Origin: a virus
IMG/VR virus record: IMGVR_UViG_3300009082_000021
Span: 4,080-68,079 of that record
Strand: one strand, 5' to 3'
Length of the DNA: 64,000 nucleotides
Shown here: piece after piece, positions 26,800 to 35,050 of the stretch
Numbering within the stretch: position 1 is the stretch's first letter
Layout: every line of letters begins with the position of its first letter
Translations under genes and position numbers: made by a program
Notes under the pieces: model-generated
Database searches by the model: none
Told to the model about the DNA's origin: nothing
The model's input: only the letters and a program-made list of their open reading frames with translations

Positions 26800-27184
26800 A
26801 GCCTTGCCACGAGATACACACTTATTGATCTGGGAGACGCTAGATAGCGTGTGGTGTCGGAGGGTAATACGACGGAGGTCCTGGGTGTAGGGGCCGAGCA
26901 ACGTCCGGCTGCCTTGGTACTGAACAAGGGGCGGTCGGTGGAACATGGTGGCGTCAGGACTGTGGGTATGCGGCGCGGGACAGGCTGTGGGTAGCAGCGG
27001 CCGATAGGAAGTCTGGGGTGGCGATGAACAGTCCATCGGAGCAATCGGGGCGATGGAAGATGTGGGGTAGAGCAAGCCTGTTGGATCTATCTGGCACATG
27101 GCCTTGCTCATTTCTGGGGATCTGTGGGTACAAGAGGCCGAGGGACATGTTGTCTATTGTGCGGCGGGCTGGTGGGAAATGATC

Positions 27185-27243
27185 TTCAGCGGTTCGTCCG
27201 CGTGTCTCAGGTGTTCCTCGACCTGAGAAGAATCTCGAGAGGG
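27185..27243 (+). repeat. Structured repeat, copy 1
   Basis: TTCAGCGGTTCGTCCGC + stem TCTCAGGT/ACCTGAGA + AGAATCTCGAGAGGG. Confidence 0.9.
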
Positions 27244-27608
27244 CAGCCTTCCTGTCTGTGTTGGAGGAGGTCTGAACGCCGAAGTGTTCAAAGTCTGGGG
27301 AAGGGCAAGCCTGTTGGAAAGAAGCGTCGAGGTAGCTGCGATCTCACTCAGGTGGGCCAGAGTATCGCTGCGAGGGAGGGGCGTATGGAAGGCAAGAATG
27401 GATGCATGACGGAAAGTCTTCTAGGGAGCATGTCGAGGCGCATTGGCGCGAGTCGGTCTGATGCAAGGTGGGAGAGTAGATGCCTTGCTTGTCTGTACCG
27501 TCAGAGGGCGGGTTATGGAATGGTCAGGTGGTGGAGTCGGTAGGCACTGCTGGGTGGATGCAGTCCAGTGGGTAGTCAGTTTCGGATGGATGCACGCGTG
27601 GCATTTGT

Positions 27609-27669
27609 TTCAGCGGTTCGTCCGCGCGTCCTGGGAGACCCCTCGGACCCAGGAAGAATCTCGAGAGGG
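27609..27669 (+). repeat. Structured repeat, copy 2
   Basis: TTCAGCGGTTCGTCCGC + stem TCCTGGG/CCCAGGA + AGAATCTCGAGAGGG. Confidence 0.9.
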
Positions 27670-27924
27670 ATCATGTTCGTCTGAAGGCAGGTAGGGAAGA
27701 TCGTGGGTAGGGAGGGGATGGCTTCCGCACGAAAGATTGAACTCAAACTGTCTATAGAATTGGGGCGACGGTAGGAGAGAAGGTGGTCCAGGGAGGAGGT
27801 AGTAGGATCATAGCTACCTTCGGCATGTCGGGGCGGCGGAGATAGAGTAGTGGCGGGCGTGGGTGGAGACGAGGGTCGTAGTTTCCTGGGGGTGGGTATC
27901 AGATCGGGATTGCTCGATCTTTTC

Positions 27925-27941
27925 TTCAGCGGTTCGTCCGC
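27925..27941 (+). repeat. Structured repeat, copy 3 (17-mer core)
   Basis: TTCAGCGGTTCGTCCGC followed by a different hairpin (27955-27985). Confidence 0.88.
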
Positions 27942-28012
27942 ATTCCTTTCACAGGCTTGGGCACTCACTGGGGAGTTGTCCAAGCTACAACAATGATCAG
28001 TCGGAGGATCAG

Positions 28013-29203
28013 ATGCAACCAGCTACGCCCGAAGGCCGGCAATCCGCTGGCAAACCGAGTGGAACCAACAAGGAGACGAGGCCGGGTGGGAATGGCCACG
28101 GGGTGAGGGTGGAAGGCATCAAGTTCACCAAGAAGGACAACTGGCTCGACTTCCTCCTGGTCCTGGCCTACGACATCGGCTCTAGGGGCCAGGCCACCGT
28201 GAGCGATGTGCTCCACGATGTGGAGATCAAGTTCAACTGCACCTTCCACGGCAACCGGGGGCTGAACATGGTCTCGGACGGGCTCGAGGCCCTCCGCAAG
28301 CAGGACCTCCTCGCAGAAGCCCAGAACGCTGACGGGCAGGGCGTGTTCTCCCTGAAGCGCATCAAGTTCAACTGCAACCCGGCCCTGGTCTCCATGAAGG
28401 CCATGATCGAGGAGCTGAAGTCGGACTCCACGGGCATGCTCATCATCGAGCGGTTCACCGCGGGGGAGGGAGCCAAGCAGGTCAAGGAACGGCCCGAGGA
28501 GCCGGCGGACTTCCTCATCGAGTACCTGCTGCTGTGGCCCATCCTCGGCTCCCAGGTCTGGGCTGGGAACCTCTACCTCCAGGAGATGTACTTCGCCCTG
28601 GGGAAGTACCTCACCCTTCACGAGACCAACCCGGACGGCACCATCAAGCTCGACAAGAACGGCAACAGAGTCATGAAGGAGGAGTTCTCTGATCACACGG
28701 ACGTCCCCCTCATGTTCGAGCGTGGAACGGATTGCATCGTGGCGGCTCACACTGCCACCATCTCCGGCTTCCTCGAGAAGGCGTTCGAAGCCTTCCCGCC
28801 CTCCACCTACGCCAAGAGGGGTTATCAGGCGAGAGAGTTCATCGGCAGCGCCCCCATCGTGATCAATCCGCCATCCATCACCATCGAGAAGAAACCCGTC
28901 ATCCGCAATGAGAAGGGTGTGGGGCAGGGAGGGCAAGCGTGCGGCCTTCGCAACTACGAGGTGATCAAACCGGGGGTTCAGCTCACCCTCGAGATCGCGT
29001 GCTGCACCAAGAACTTCATCACCCCGCCCGAGATGTACAAGTGGCTCAAGCGTGTGCTGCGGATGCCGATCCGCTCCATGTCCCCAGCCAGAGGCAAGCA
29101 GACGGGCGGAGCCAAGCTCTTGAGCCTGAAGTATCGTCCCTGGTCCTCCGACAGCGACGACTACCAGGAGGTTCCCGATCCCAGAAACGGGGCCTCCAAG
29201 TAG
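28013..29203 (+). CDS. Solo RAMP/Cas7-like RNA-binding protein with an N-terminal wHTH
   Basis: SD GGAGG. RAMP-like motif order: YLLLWPILGS; FER...HTATISGFLEKA; YEVIKPGVQLTLEI; G-loop SPARGKQTGG. Confidence 0.65.
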   Translation: MQPATPEGRQSAGKPSGTNKETRPGGNGHGVRVEGIKFTKKDNWLDFLLVLAYDIGSRGQATVSDVLHDVEIKFNCTFHGNRGLNMVSDGLEALRKQDLLAEAQNADGQGVFSLKRIKFNCNPALVSMKAMIEELKSDSTGMLIIERFTAGEGAKQVKERPEEPADFLIEYLLLWPILGSQVWAGNLYLQEMYFALGKYLTLHETNPDGTIKLDKNGNRVMKEEFSDHTDVPLMFERGTDCIVAAHTATISGFLEKAFEAFPPSTYAKRGYQAREFIGSAPIVINPPSITIEKKPVIRNEKGVGQGGQACGLRNYEVIKPGVQLTLEIACCTKNFITPPEMYKWLKRVLRMPIRSMSPARGKQTGGAKLLSLKYRPWSSDSDDYQEVPDPRNGASK

Positions 29204-29485
29204 GACTGCGTAGGGGGTAGGAAGGGTATTCTGTGGGACGGGCCTATGGTCGGGATGCGTTGTAGCGCGGATGAATGTGGGTGATGGGACTTGTTGGGCT
29301 GGATGGATCCCGGAGTAATGGAGGGGCGGCTCGCTCGGCAAGATGATCGGAAGAGGGAGTTCGTCTTGAAACGATGTGCCGATGGACATGCCCAGTGCCG
29401 GGAGGCGGGAAGGATGGAATGAGTTGCGGCTTGGATTCTAGTGACTACCGCTCTTCGGAGCGCACTCACGGCTGGCGCCCGTGAG
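29204..29485 (+). ncRNA. Fourth G-rich non-coding unit with two terminal hairpins
   Basis: G-skewed like the upstream units; CGCTC-TTCG-GAGCG, then CTCACGG/CCGTGAG. Confidence 0.55.
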
Positions 29486-29497
29486 GAAGTCTGAGCC

Positions 29498-29524
29498 AAG
29501 CCGGGGATCATCCCCGGCTTCTTT
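29498..29524 (+). terminator. Intrinsic terminator
   Basis: AAGCCGGGGA/TCCCCGGCTT + CTTT. Confidence 0.8.
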
Positions 29525-30575
29525 AGCCCTGATCCAGACGTGACCAACCCACCTTGTTGATCCAGTTCACCACATACTTCATCTTGATCTCTGCTGTGTC
29601 CTCTCCGGTCATCCGGTAGGACTCGATGAGGTCAGCCTTCTTGAGCCCCTCCAGGAACATCTCGTACTGAGACGGCCCTTCCAGCCCTCGACATCTCTCT
29701 TGCAGTTCGTTCCAACACTTGAGGCAGTAAGGCTCCGGCTTGCTTGTCTTTGGGTTCATCTTCTTGATGGGGGCTACCCCAGACTCTCCATGCTTCTCAC
29801 AAATCACGGTGCCTTTCCTTTCTGGATGCAGAGTCATCGTCTCTGCCTCTTCCGCCCTCTGTCCCGGCTCACATGGGGATTGGCAGGGCATGTGGCCTTG
29901 GACAGCATAGATACTGAAATGGGGGCCGCGCATCAGTCCATAGATCTTCCCCGCCTTCAGGAGCTTCTCTCGGTCCCTTGCTGTAGAGGTGAAGGACTGG
30001 ATGCTCTCCAGCACCGCACCATCAGCAGTGACGAGGGTTACCCCATTCATCTCTGTCCCCGGCTTGGCCTTGTCCACGTGGAGCTTATGCGTGATGTCCT
30101 CAGTGATGATGCACTGCGGGCAGTAGACATCTCCGTTCGTATTGGGCTCGGCTGTGACCTCACCATGCTTCTCACACTTGATGATCATTGCGCGCCTCCA
30201 TTCGTAGTCCTTGCAGAACGCTTCTTGCTCCGCGAGACCCCACCTGAGCACCGCCTGGTTGGCCTCACGGAACAGCTCCAGTGGGATGCCGCCGCTTTCC
30301 CTCTCCAGCAGCAGTCGCTGGCGATCAGCGTTCTGGTAGCTCATCATGCGCTGCTCGTGGTTCACCGGGATGGCCTCTCCGTACTTCCAGCCAGTGCAAG
30401 CAGCACGATCGAAACGCTCAGTCTGAGAATGGTAACGAGCCCAGAGATAGAGGGCTCTTTCCCAGAGCTCATCTGGCACTTCGTAGAAGCTCTTCGATCT
30501 GAAGAGGCTGTTCTTCAGATACTCATCGGTCTCCTCACGTGAGGTCAAGATCTCTCCTTGGAATCGGCGCGTCAC
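29523..30575 (-). CDS. Hypothetical protein with two CEKHGE...YCxxC Zn modules (possible internal start at 30188)
   Basis: GTGA overlap with the upstream gene; internal SD GGAGG before MIIKCEKH. Confidence 0.65.
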   Translation of the reverse strand: MTRRFQGEILTSREETDEYLKNSLFRSKSFYEVPDELWERALYLWARYHSQTERFDRAACTGWKYGEAIPVNHEQRMMSYQNADRQRLLLERESGGIPLELFREANQAVLRWGLAEQEAFCKDYEWRRAMIIKCEKHGEVTAEPNTNGDVYCPQCIITEDITHKLHVDKAKPGTEMNGVTLVTADGAVLESIQSFTSTARDREKLLKAGKIYGLMRGPHFSIYAVQGHMPCQSPCEPGQRAEEAETMTLHPERKGTVICEKHGESGVAPIKKMNPKTSKPEPYCLKCWNELQERCRGLEGPSQYEMFLEGLKKADLIESYRMTGEDTAEIKMKYVVNWINKVGWSRLDQG

Positions 30576-30763
30576 CTCGGGAACCTCCTCTCGATGAAGT
30601 CGATCAGGATGATGAAGAGGGCCGTGAAGATGCCCATTGTGTACCACCAGGTCGATGGCAATCCCCACATGATCTCGGCTGGACGGAAGAGAAGACTGTA
30701 GAGCGCCCAGATGATCACCAAGTAGGGCGTCAGACGTTGAAGGAAGTTCAGGATGGGCGTCAT
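30572..30763 (-). CDS. Small two-TM membrane protein
   Basis: ATGA overlap; hydrophobic. Confidence 0.7.
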   Translation of the reverse strand: MTPILNFLQRLTPYLVIIWALYSLLFRPAEIMWGLPSTWWYTMGIFTALFIILIDFIERRFPR

Positions 30764-31515
30764 GGAAGTGACCACTGTGGTGTAGGGTCTGGGCTCGCCC
30801 AGTCCAGCGGTTCTGAGAGAGCCAAGATCTGTGCGTACTCCTCCAGGTACTTCTGAGCCACCTCCATGCTCTCGATGAAGACAGCGTTCTCGAACGAGGC
30901 GCCAGAGTTCCTGGTGATGTTGAATGAGCCTGTCCAGACCGCCACGGGATGGAGATCGCAGAGTGTGCCGGCCGCCCCCGTGCGGTTCCACTGGCAGAAC
31001 ACGAGGAACTTGTTGTGTGCCTTGGGAGCCACCGTCTTCTTCTTGGACTGGGCATGAACACCCAGACACCGAATTGGATCGATGAGGCTGGCGCCGGTCC
31101 CCATGTCGCAGATGGGCGGGCACATCCAGCGGTGCTGGATGACAGGCTTGATGCTAAGGTAGGTAGCCCTCATCTTCACCTTCCAGTCCGTGTAGCTCGT
31201 CCTGACCCCACGATCTGGTCGCCAGAGATCTTCTTTCTGAACCACCAGGCTTACTCCCTCTCTGTGCCGAAGCTCATACAAGAAGTCCCGTGAGGTCAGC
31301 CATGCGATCGAGCCCACCACCACGGGGTACTGGGCCGTGATGTACAGCAACTCCTGCTCGATGTTGCGGAAGAAGACGGAGACAGACTTGATGCCTTGTA
31401 CATCTACGCTCCCGTTCAGATTCCGGAGGGGACGACTGGGACCGCTTCGGCTGGAGATGCGAAGTTTGTTGAGGTCCGTGTCGCAATCCCAAGAGGGGTT
31501 GTTGCTGTAGGTCAC
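30760..31515 (-). CDS. Phospholipase D-like nuclease domain protein
   Basis: IAWLTS...HNKFLVF...VWTGSFNIT...ENAV. Confidence 0.85.
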   Translation of the reverse strand: MTYSNNPSWDCDTDLNKLRISSRSGPSRPLRNLNGSVDVQGIKSVSVFFRNIEQELLYITAQYPVVVGSIAWLTSRDFLYELRHREGVSLVVQKEDLWRPDRGVRTSYTDWKVKMRATYLSIKPVIQHRWMCPPICDMGTGASLIDPIRCLGVHAQSKKKTVAPKAHNKFLVFCQWNRTGAAGTLCDLHPVAVWTGSFNITRNSGASFENAVFIESMEVAQKYLEEYAQILALSEPLDWASPDPTPQWSLP

Positions 31516-31760
31516 GCCCTCTTCTCCCAGTAGGTGAGCATCTTGCCGATGTACTGGCCCGACACTCCCAGGTAGATTCCGATCTCTCTGAGTCGGAATC
31601 CCTCCTTCAGCAGGGCCTCCACTGCCCGCTGGAAGGACTCGTTCCGTGCCCGGATGAAGGTCATTGTCTCCTTGCGATACTTCGTGGCCTTCGCCACCAA
31701 CTCTTTGGCCTTCTTGGAAGGCTCTCTCTTGCGGATCGTCATGGGTCCATGATAAACCAA
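31512..31760 (-). CDS. HTH DNA-binding protein
   Basis: GFRLREIGIYLGVSGQYIGKML. Confidence 0.7.
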   Translation of the reverse strand: MVYHGPMTIRKREPSKKAKELVAKATKYRKETMTFIRARNESFQRAVEALLKEGFRLREIGIYLGVSGQYIGKMLTYWEKRA

Positions 31761-31783
31761 GGTTTCAAAAAGTCAACCACTCG

Positions 31784-31791
31784 GGTATAAG
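31784..31791 (+). promoter_or_regulatory. Phage promoter motif GGTATAAG
   Basis: Lies at the divergence, upstream of 31820. Confidence 0.6.
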
Positions 31792-31819
31792 AAAGCCGAA
31801 GATCAAACAGGAGTTACGC

Positions 31820-32302
31820 ATGAGCTGGCGCATTGATCCCGACAACCCCGACAAGGTCCACGTCGCCCTGACCGAGTTCCATACACTCACGGTCACCCAT
31901 CAGCCAGATGAGGGGATCGTCTTGGATGTAGTGGACTCGCGCTTCACCGCGCGGGGAGAGAACGACGTGGTCCACACCCAATGTGAGGACTTCGAGACTC
32001 TCAACTGCTGCATGGATGACGAGTGTCTCTACGACGACTCGGAGGATAAGAAGGGAGGGGTGATGTCGAGGCGCATCCCTAAATATGAGCGGGACGAGTC
32101 GTGGGAGCATCAGCAAGATCTCAAGGCCCATGTGATTGCCTTGAAGGAGTGTGATATTGACGGCAATACCCTGATCGATCCACGAACCGGCATCCGTTAT
32201 ATGGAGTGCATAAGTTGTGGGATGATCATGGACATGGACATGGATGAACGTCACAGCGGCGGGGAGTGCAACATCTGCCATGCCATCAACAAGGATGACT
32301 AG
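31820..32302 (+). CDS. Hypothetical protein (two modules fused in frame)
   Basis: SD AGGAG; internal SD GGAGG before MSRRIPK. Confidence 0.7.
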   Translation: MSWRIDPDNPDKVHVALTEFHTLTVTHQPDEGIVLDVVDSRFTARGENDVVHTQCEDFETLNCCMDDECLYDDSEDKKGGVMSRRIPKYERDESWEHQQDLKAHVIALKECDIDGNTLIDPRTGIRYMECISCGMIMDMDMDERHSGGECNICHAINKDD

Positions 32303-32312
32303 GAGATAGAGC

Positions 32313-32531
32313 ATGACCGATACCATCCGTTCCAGCCCCATTGGCTGGTGGCTCTGCTACAACGAGAGACACTGGTCCGGCCCGTACGAGTCGGCAGATG
32401 CTGCGATGAAGGCCGCGGAAGTCCTTGTGGCCAAGACTCGTAAGACCTTCGAGCTTCTCCAGACCGCACCCTGGGATCGCAGGACTATCGAAATCGAGAC
32501 CATGACCGAGACCAAGCGGTCACGAATCTAG
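32313..32531 (+). CDS. Hypothetical protein
   Basis: SD AGGAG; WSGPYESADAA. Confidence 0.7.
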   Translation: MTDTIRSSPIGWWLCYNERHWSGPYESADAAMKAAEVLVAKTRKTFELLQTAPWDRRTIEIETMTETKRSRI

Positions 32532-32540
32532 GAGGACTCA

Positions 32541-33518
32541 ATGAGCGTGATTTGTTTCTATCACATCGGCGATCTGGACGGGAAGTGCAGCGCCGCCATC
32601 GTGAGATTGTCCCACGATCAAGAGGTCGAATTGGTGGGCATCGACTATGGCTGGAAATTCCCCTGGGAGAAGATCACGAAGGACACCCACGTGATCATGG
32701 TGGACTTCTGCCTCGAGCCGTTCGAGGACATGCTACGCCTTCGAAGGGAGGCCAAAAGCTTCATCTGGATTGACCACCACAAGACCGCCATCGCGGAGTA
32801 CGAGTCTGCGAAGGAGGGCCTCTTCATCAGCGACCGCATCAGCCTGAGCATCGATGGCAGGCGGGAGATCGGGACGGCTGGGTGCGAGCTCACCTGGGAT
32901 CACTTCAGGGGTGGAGAACGTCCGCTGGCTGTGAAGCTCCTGGGCCGCTACGACGTCTGGGATGAGTCCGCCCATGGTTGGCATGATGAAATCCTACCCT
33001 TCCAGTACGGCATGCGGAATCAAGACAACGGCCCAGAGGCTCCCCTTTGGATCGAACTTCTCACCCCCCAGTATGAGGACTACGAGTCGATCGCGATTCA
33101 GAAAATCATCGAGAAGGGAAAGATTATCCTGGCCTATGAGGAGAGGCAGAACGAGCTCTACGTCAAGGTCTGCTCCTTCGAGACCATCCTGGCCGAGCCC
33201 CTTGTGGTCGGTAAGCCCTGCCGGCAGTTGAGAGTCATCGCCTGCAACAAGGCTCTCGCCAACAGCAAGCTCTTCGACTCGGTGTGGGACCCGGAGAAGT
33301 ACGACCTGATGGCCACCTTCTACCTCCAGAAGAAGGGAACCTGGAAGGTCAGCCTCTACACCACCCGCGCGGATGTGGACTGCTCAGCCATCGCCAAGGC
33401 CCGCGGCGGGGGAGGCCACCAGAAGGCTGCCGGGTTCATCTGTAGCAGGCTGCCCTGGACCATCCTGGGAGTCCCCCAGAGCCCCCAGGAGGCCGGGAAG
33501 GGGGTGGAGGGTGCCTAG
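32541..33518 (+). CDS. DHH/DHHA1 phosphoesterase
   Basis: YH.GDLDG, MVDF, WIDHH, YDVW, GGGGHQKAAGF. Confidence 0.92.
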   Translation: MSVICFYHIGDLDGKCSAAIVRLSHDQEVELVGIDYGWKFPWEKITKDTHVIMVDFCLEPFEDMLRLRREAKSFIWIDHHKTAIAEYESAKEGLFISDRISLSIDGRREIGTAGCELTWDHFRGGERPLAVKLLGRYDVWDESAHGWHDEILPFQYGMRNQDNGPEAPLWIELLTPQYEDYESIAIQKIIEKGKIILAYEERQNELYVKVCSFETILAEPLVVGKPCRQLRVIACNKALANSKLFDSVWDPEKYDLMATFYLQKKGTWKVSLYTTRADVDCSAIAKARGGGGHQKAAGFICSRLPWTILGVPQSPQEAGKGVEGA

Positions 33519-33906
33519 TACTACCCCAGAGGAGAAGGTCGCTCCTGAGGCCCTACAGGCGATGAGAGAGGCCCTCAAGACCTACCCCAAGGCCCGCTGG
33601 GCAGCCTTCCAGAATATGGCCATGGATTCCGCCAGTTTCGGCCACCTTCAGTTCCTGGCCATTGGACCTACCAATACCTACAAAGTCCCACCGCAGCGGA
33701 TGCCTGACACTCAGGCGGGGACGGGTTGGAAGTACCTCTTCGCCGGCTGGGTGGACCTCGAGACCGGGGAGGTCAGGACCGACCGATGCCGGCGGTGTGG
33801 AGGAGACACGCCGGCGGGGACCTACCATGCGTGCGGGGAGCCCAACGGCTACTGCTCAGTCAACTGCGAGAAGAACGATGCCGAAGAGATCAAGGAGAGA
33901 CCATGA
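33511..33906 (+). CDS. Hypothetical protein
   Basis: WAAFQNMAMDS...GHLQFL; C-terminal Zn finger. Confidence 0.7.
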   Translation: MPSTTPEEKVAPEALQAMREALKTYPKARWAAFQNMAMDSASFGHLQFLAIGPTNTYKVPPQRMPDTQAGTGWKYLFAGWVDLETGEVRTDRCRRCGGDTPAGTYHACGEPNGYCSVNCEKNDAEEIKERP

Positions 33907-34697
33907 AGATCGAACGAGTTCGTGTCTTCGGCTTCGAACCCGCTTTCTTTGGAATGCGAAACCCCAAGGAGAGCTGGGATCGAAGCGACAGCACCTTCTA
34001 CGAACACGCCCCGCACTGGCCCTACCCCATCGATCCGCTGGACCGTGGGAAGGTGTACAACTCTCCGCACTGGCACCCTAGCGTGATCGTTCCTGAGTTC
34101 CCCGAGATCGGTCCGAAAGACATGGACCTTGCCTGCTCCCTCATCAAGGGTGGGAGTGAGCACCGCAAGTTCCTCCGCCAGATCATGATCTGGGTGAACA
34201 TCACCATCCCCCGCTACTGCTGGCAGGAGCTCGACACCTACAAGGTCGCGACCGTGCGGATGTCCTGCTCCACCATGCACAAGCTCGGGCACCGCCTCCT
34301 CGTCCAGGAGGACTTCGAGCAACCCATCGAGGAGCAAGCCCTGAAGCACCTCAACGAGCTCGTGGGCCTTTTCCAAGAGGCCACCGACGTGAGTAAGACA
34401 GCCACTCGTGTCATAAGGAGAAAACTGAAGAACGATCTGCCCGAGGGTTACCTTCAAATGGCCACCTACACGTTGTCCTATGAGACAGCCCTCTCGATTC
34501 TCCGACAGAGGCACAACCACCGGCTGGACGAATGGCACTGGGAAGTGACCGGCTCGATCTGCAACTGGCTTCTCACTCTCCCATACCTGAGGGAGTTCGC
34601 GCAGGCGCTGCTGGGAGCATTGATCGCGCCAGAAATACCTGAAGGCATCTCCTCCGCCGATCTCGGCAGTGAAGCGCCAGCTTCTGATGGCAAGTAG
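33903..34697 (+). CDS. ThyX-like (flavin-dependent thymidylate synthase fold) protein
   Basis: GMRNP..SW..SDS, HRKFLRQI, ELDTYKV...SCSTMH, LPEGYLQ, QRHNHRLDEW. Confidence 0.6.
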   Translation: MKIERVRVFGFEPAFFGMRNPKESWDRSDSTFYEHAPHWPYPIDPLDRGKVYNSPHWHPSVIVPEFPEIGPKDMDLACSLIKGGSEHRKFLRQIMIWVNITIPRYCWQELDTYKVATVRMSCSTMHKLGHRLLVQEDFEQPIEEQALKHLNELVGLFQEATDVSKTATRVIRRKLKNDLPEGYLQMATYTLSYETALSILRQRHNHRLDEWHWEVTGSICNWLLTLPYLREFAQALLGALIAPEIPEGISSADLGSEAPASDGK

Positions 34698-34782
34698 GAC
34701 AGGGCGATTTGAGTGGAAGGGCGTTGAAGGTCTGAGTAAGATCCTCTAGTTGCTTCTTCTGCTCTTCCGTCAGCTCTTTCAT
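34573..34782 (-). CDS. Hypothetical protein
   Basis: SD AGGAG; overlaps the convergent gene end. Confidence 0.4.
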   Translation of the reverse strand: MKELTEEQKKQLEDLTQTFNALPLKSPCPTCHQKLALHCRDRRRRCLQVFLARSMLPAAPARTPSGMGE

Positions 34783-34817
34783 GGGGTTTCTCCTAGCGAA
34801 AGATTGATCCGAAAGAC

Positions 34818-34825
34818 GGCATAAG
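34818..34825 (+). promoter_or_regulatory. Phage promoter motif GGCATAAG
   Basis: Upstream of SD AAGGAG and ORF 34846. Confidence 0.65.
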
Positions 34826-34845
34826 AACTCAACAAGGAGAACCCC

Positions 34846-35040
34846 ATGTTATCACTCGTGTACAAGCTGTCGAAACAAGGTTTGCCACCCGTACGAAACG
34901 GAAAGGAGTTGCACCGAACCGAAGCTCGGGGGGACGCTGCGCTCAAGTGGATCAGAGATCACCGGCAGTTGGTGGTCGAACGATTCTCGGGAGCGTTCGT
35001 GGGCGAGGAGTTCCGGTTCACCGCCTACTACTACGCATAG
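34846..35040 (+). CDS. Hypothetical protein
   Basis: Promoter + SD. Confidence 0.7.
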   Translation: MLSLVYKLSKQGLPPVRNGKELHRTEARGDAALKWIRDHRQLVVERFSGAFVGEEFRFTAYYYA

Positions 35041-35050
35041 GAGCTACTGC

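Larger units (their letters stand above)
26800..27985 (+). ncRNA. G-rich non-coding array of three units, each closed by a structured repeat (candidate guide-RNA precursor)
   Basis: No credible ORF; strong G skew; three copies of TTCAGCGGTTCGTCCGC. Confidence 0.65.

Noticed and set aside
27205-27243. HDV/theta-like ribozyme suggested by the TTCCTCG loop
   Set aside because: P1, P2 and P4 could not be built, and covariation supports a simple local stem; a formal motif search is still advisable
27185-27941. Canonical CRISPR array
   Set aside because: Only three copies with intervals of 424 and 316 nt, and no cas1, cas2, cas5 or cas6 in the window
26682-27983. ORF-track ORFs across the G-rich array
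   Set aside because: No SD, atypical codon use, mutually overlapping and low-complexity; these look like by-products of the G skew
27863-28012. N-terminal extension of the RAMP ORF (GTG 27863)
   Set aside because: It runs through repeat 3; SD GGAGG supports ATG 28013
27965-29389. Long antisense ORFs (also 42839-43771, 46788-48281, 51786-53114)
   Set aside because: Shadow frames of GC3-rich genes on the opposite strand
30764-31061. 5' part of ORF 29523-31061
   Set aside because: It overlaps the PLD gene in another frame; the real start is more likely GTG 30575
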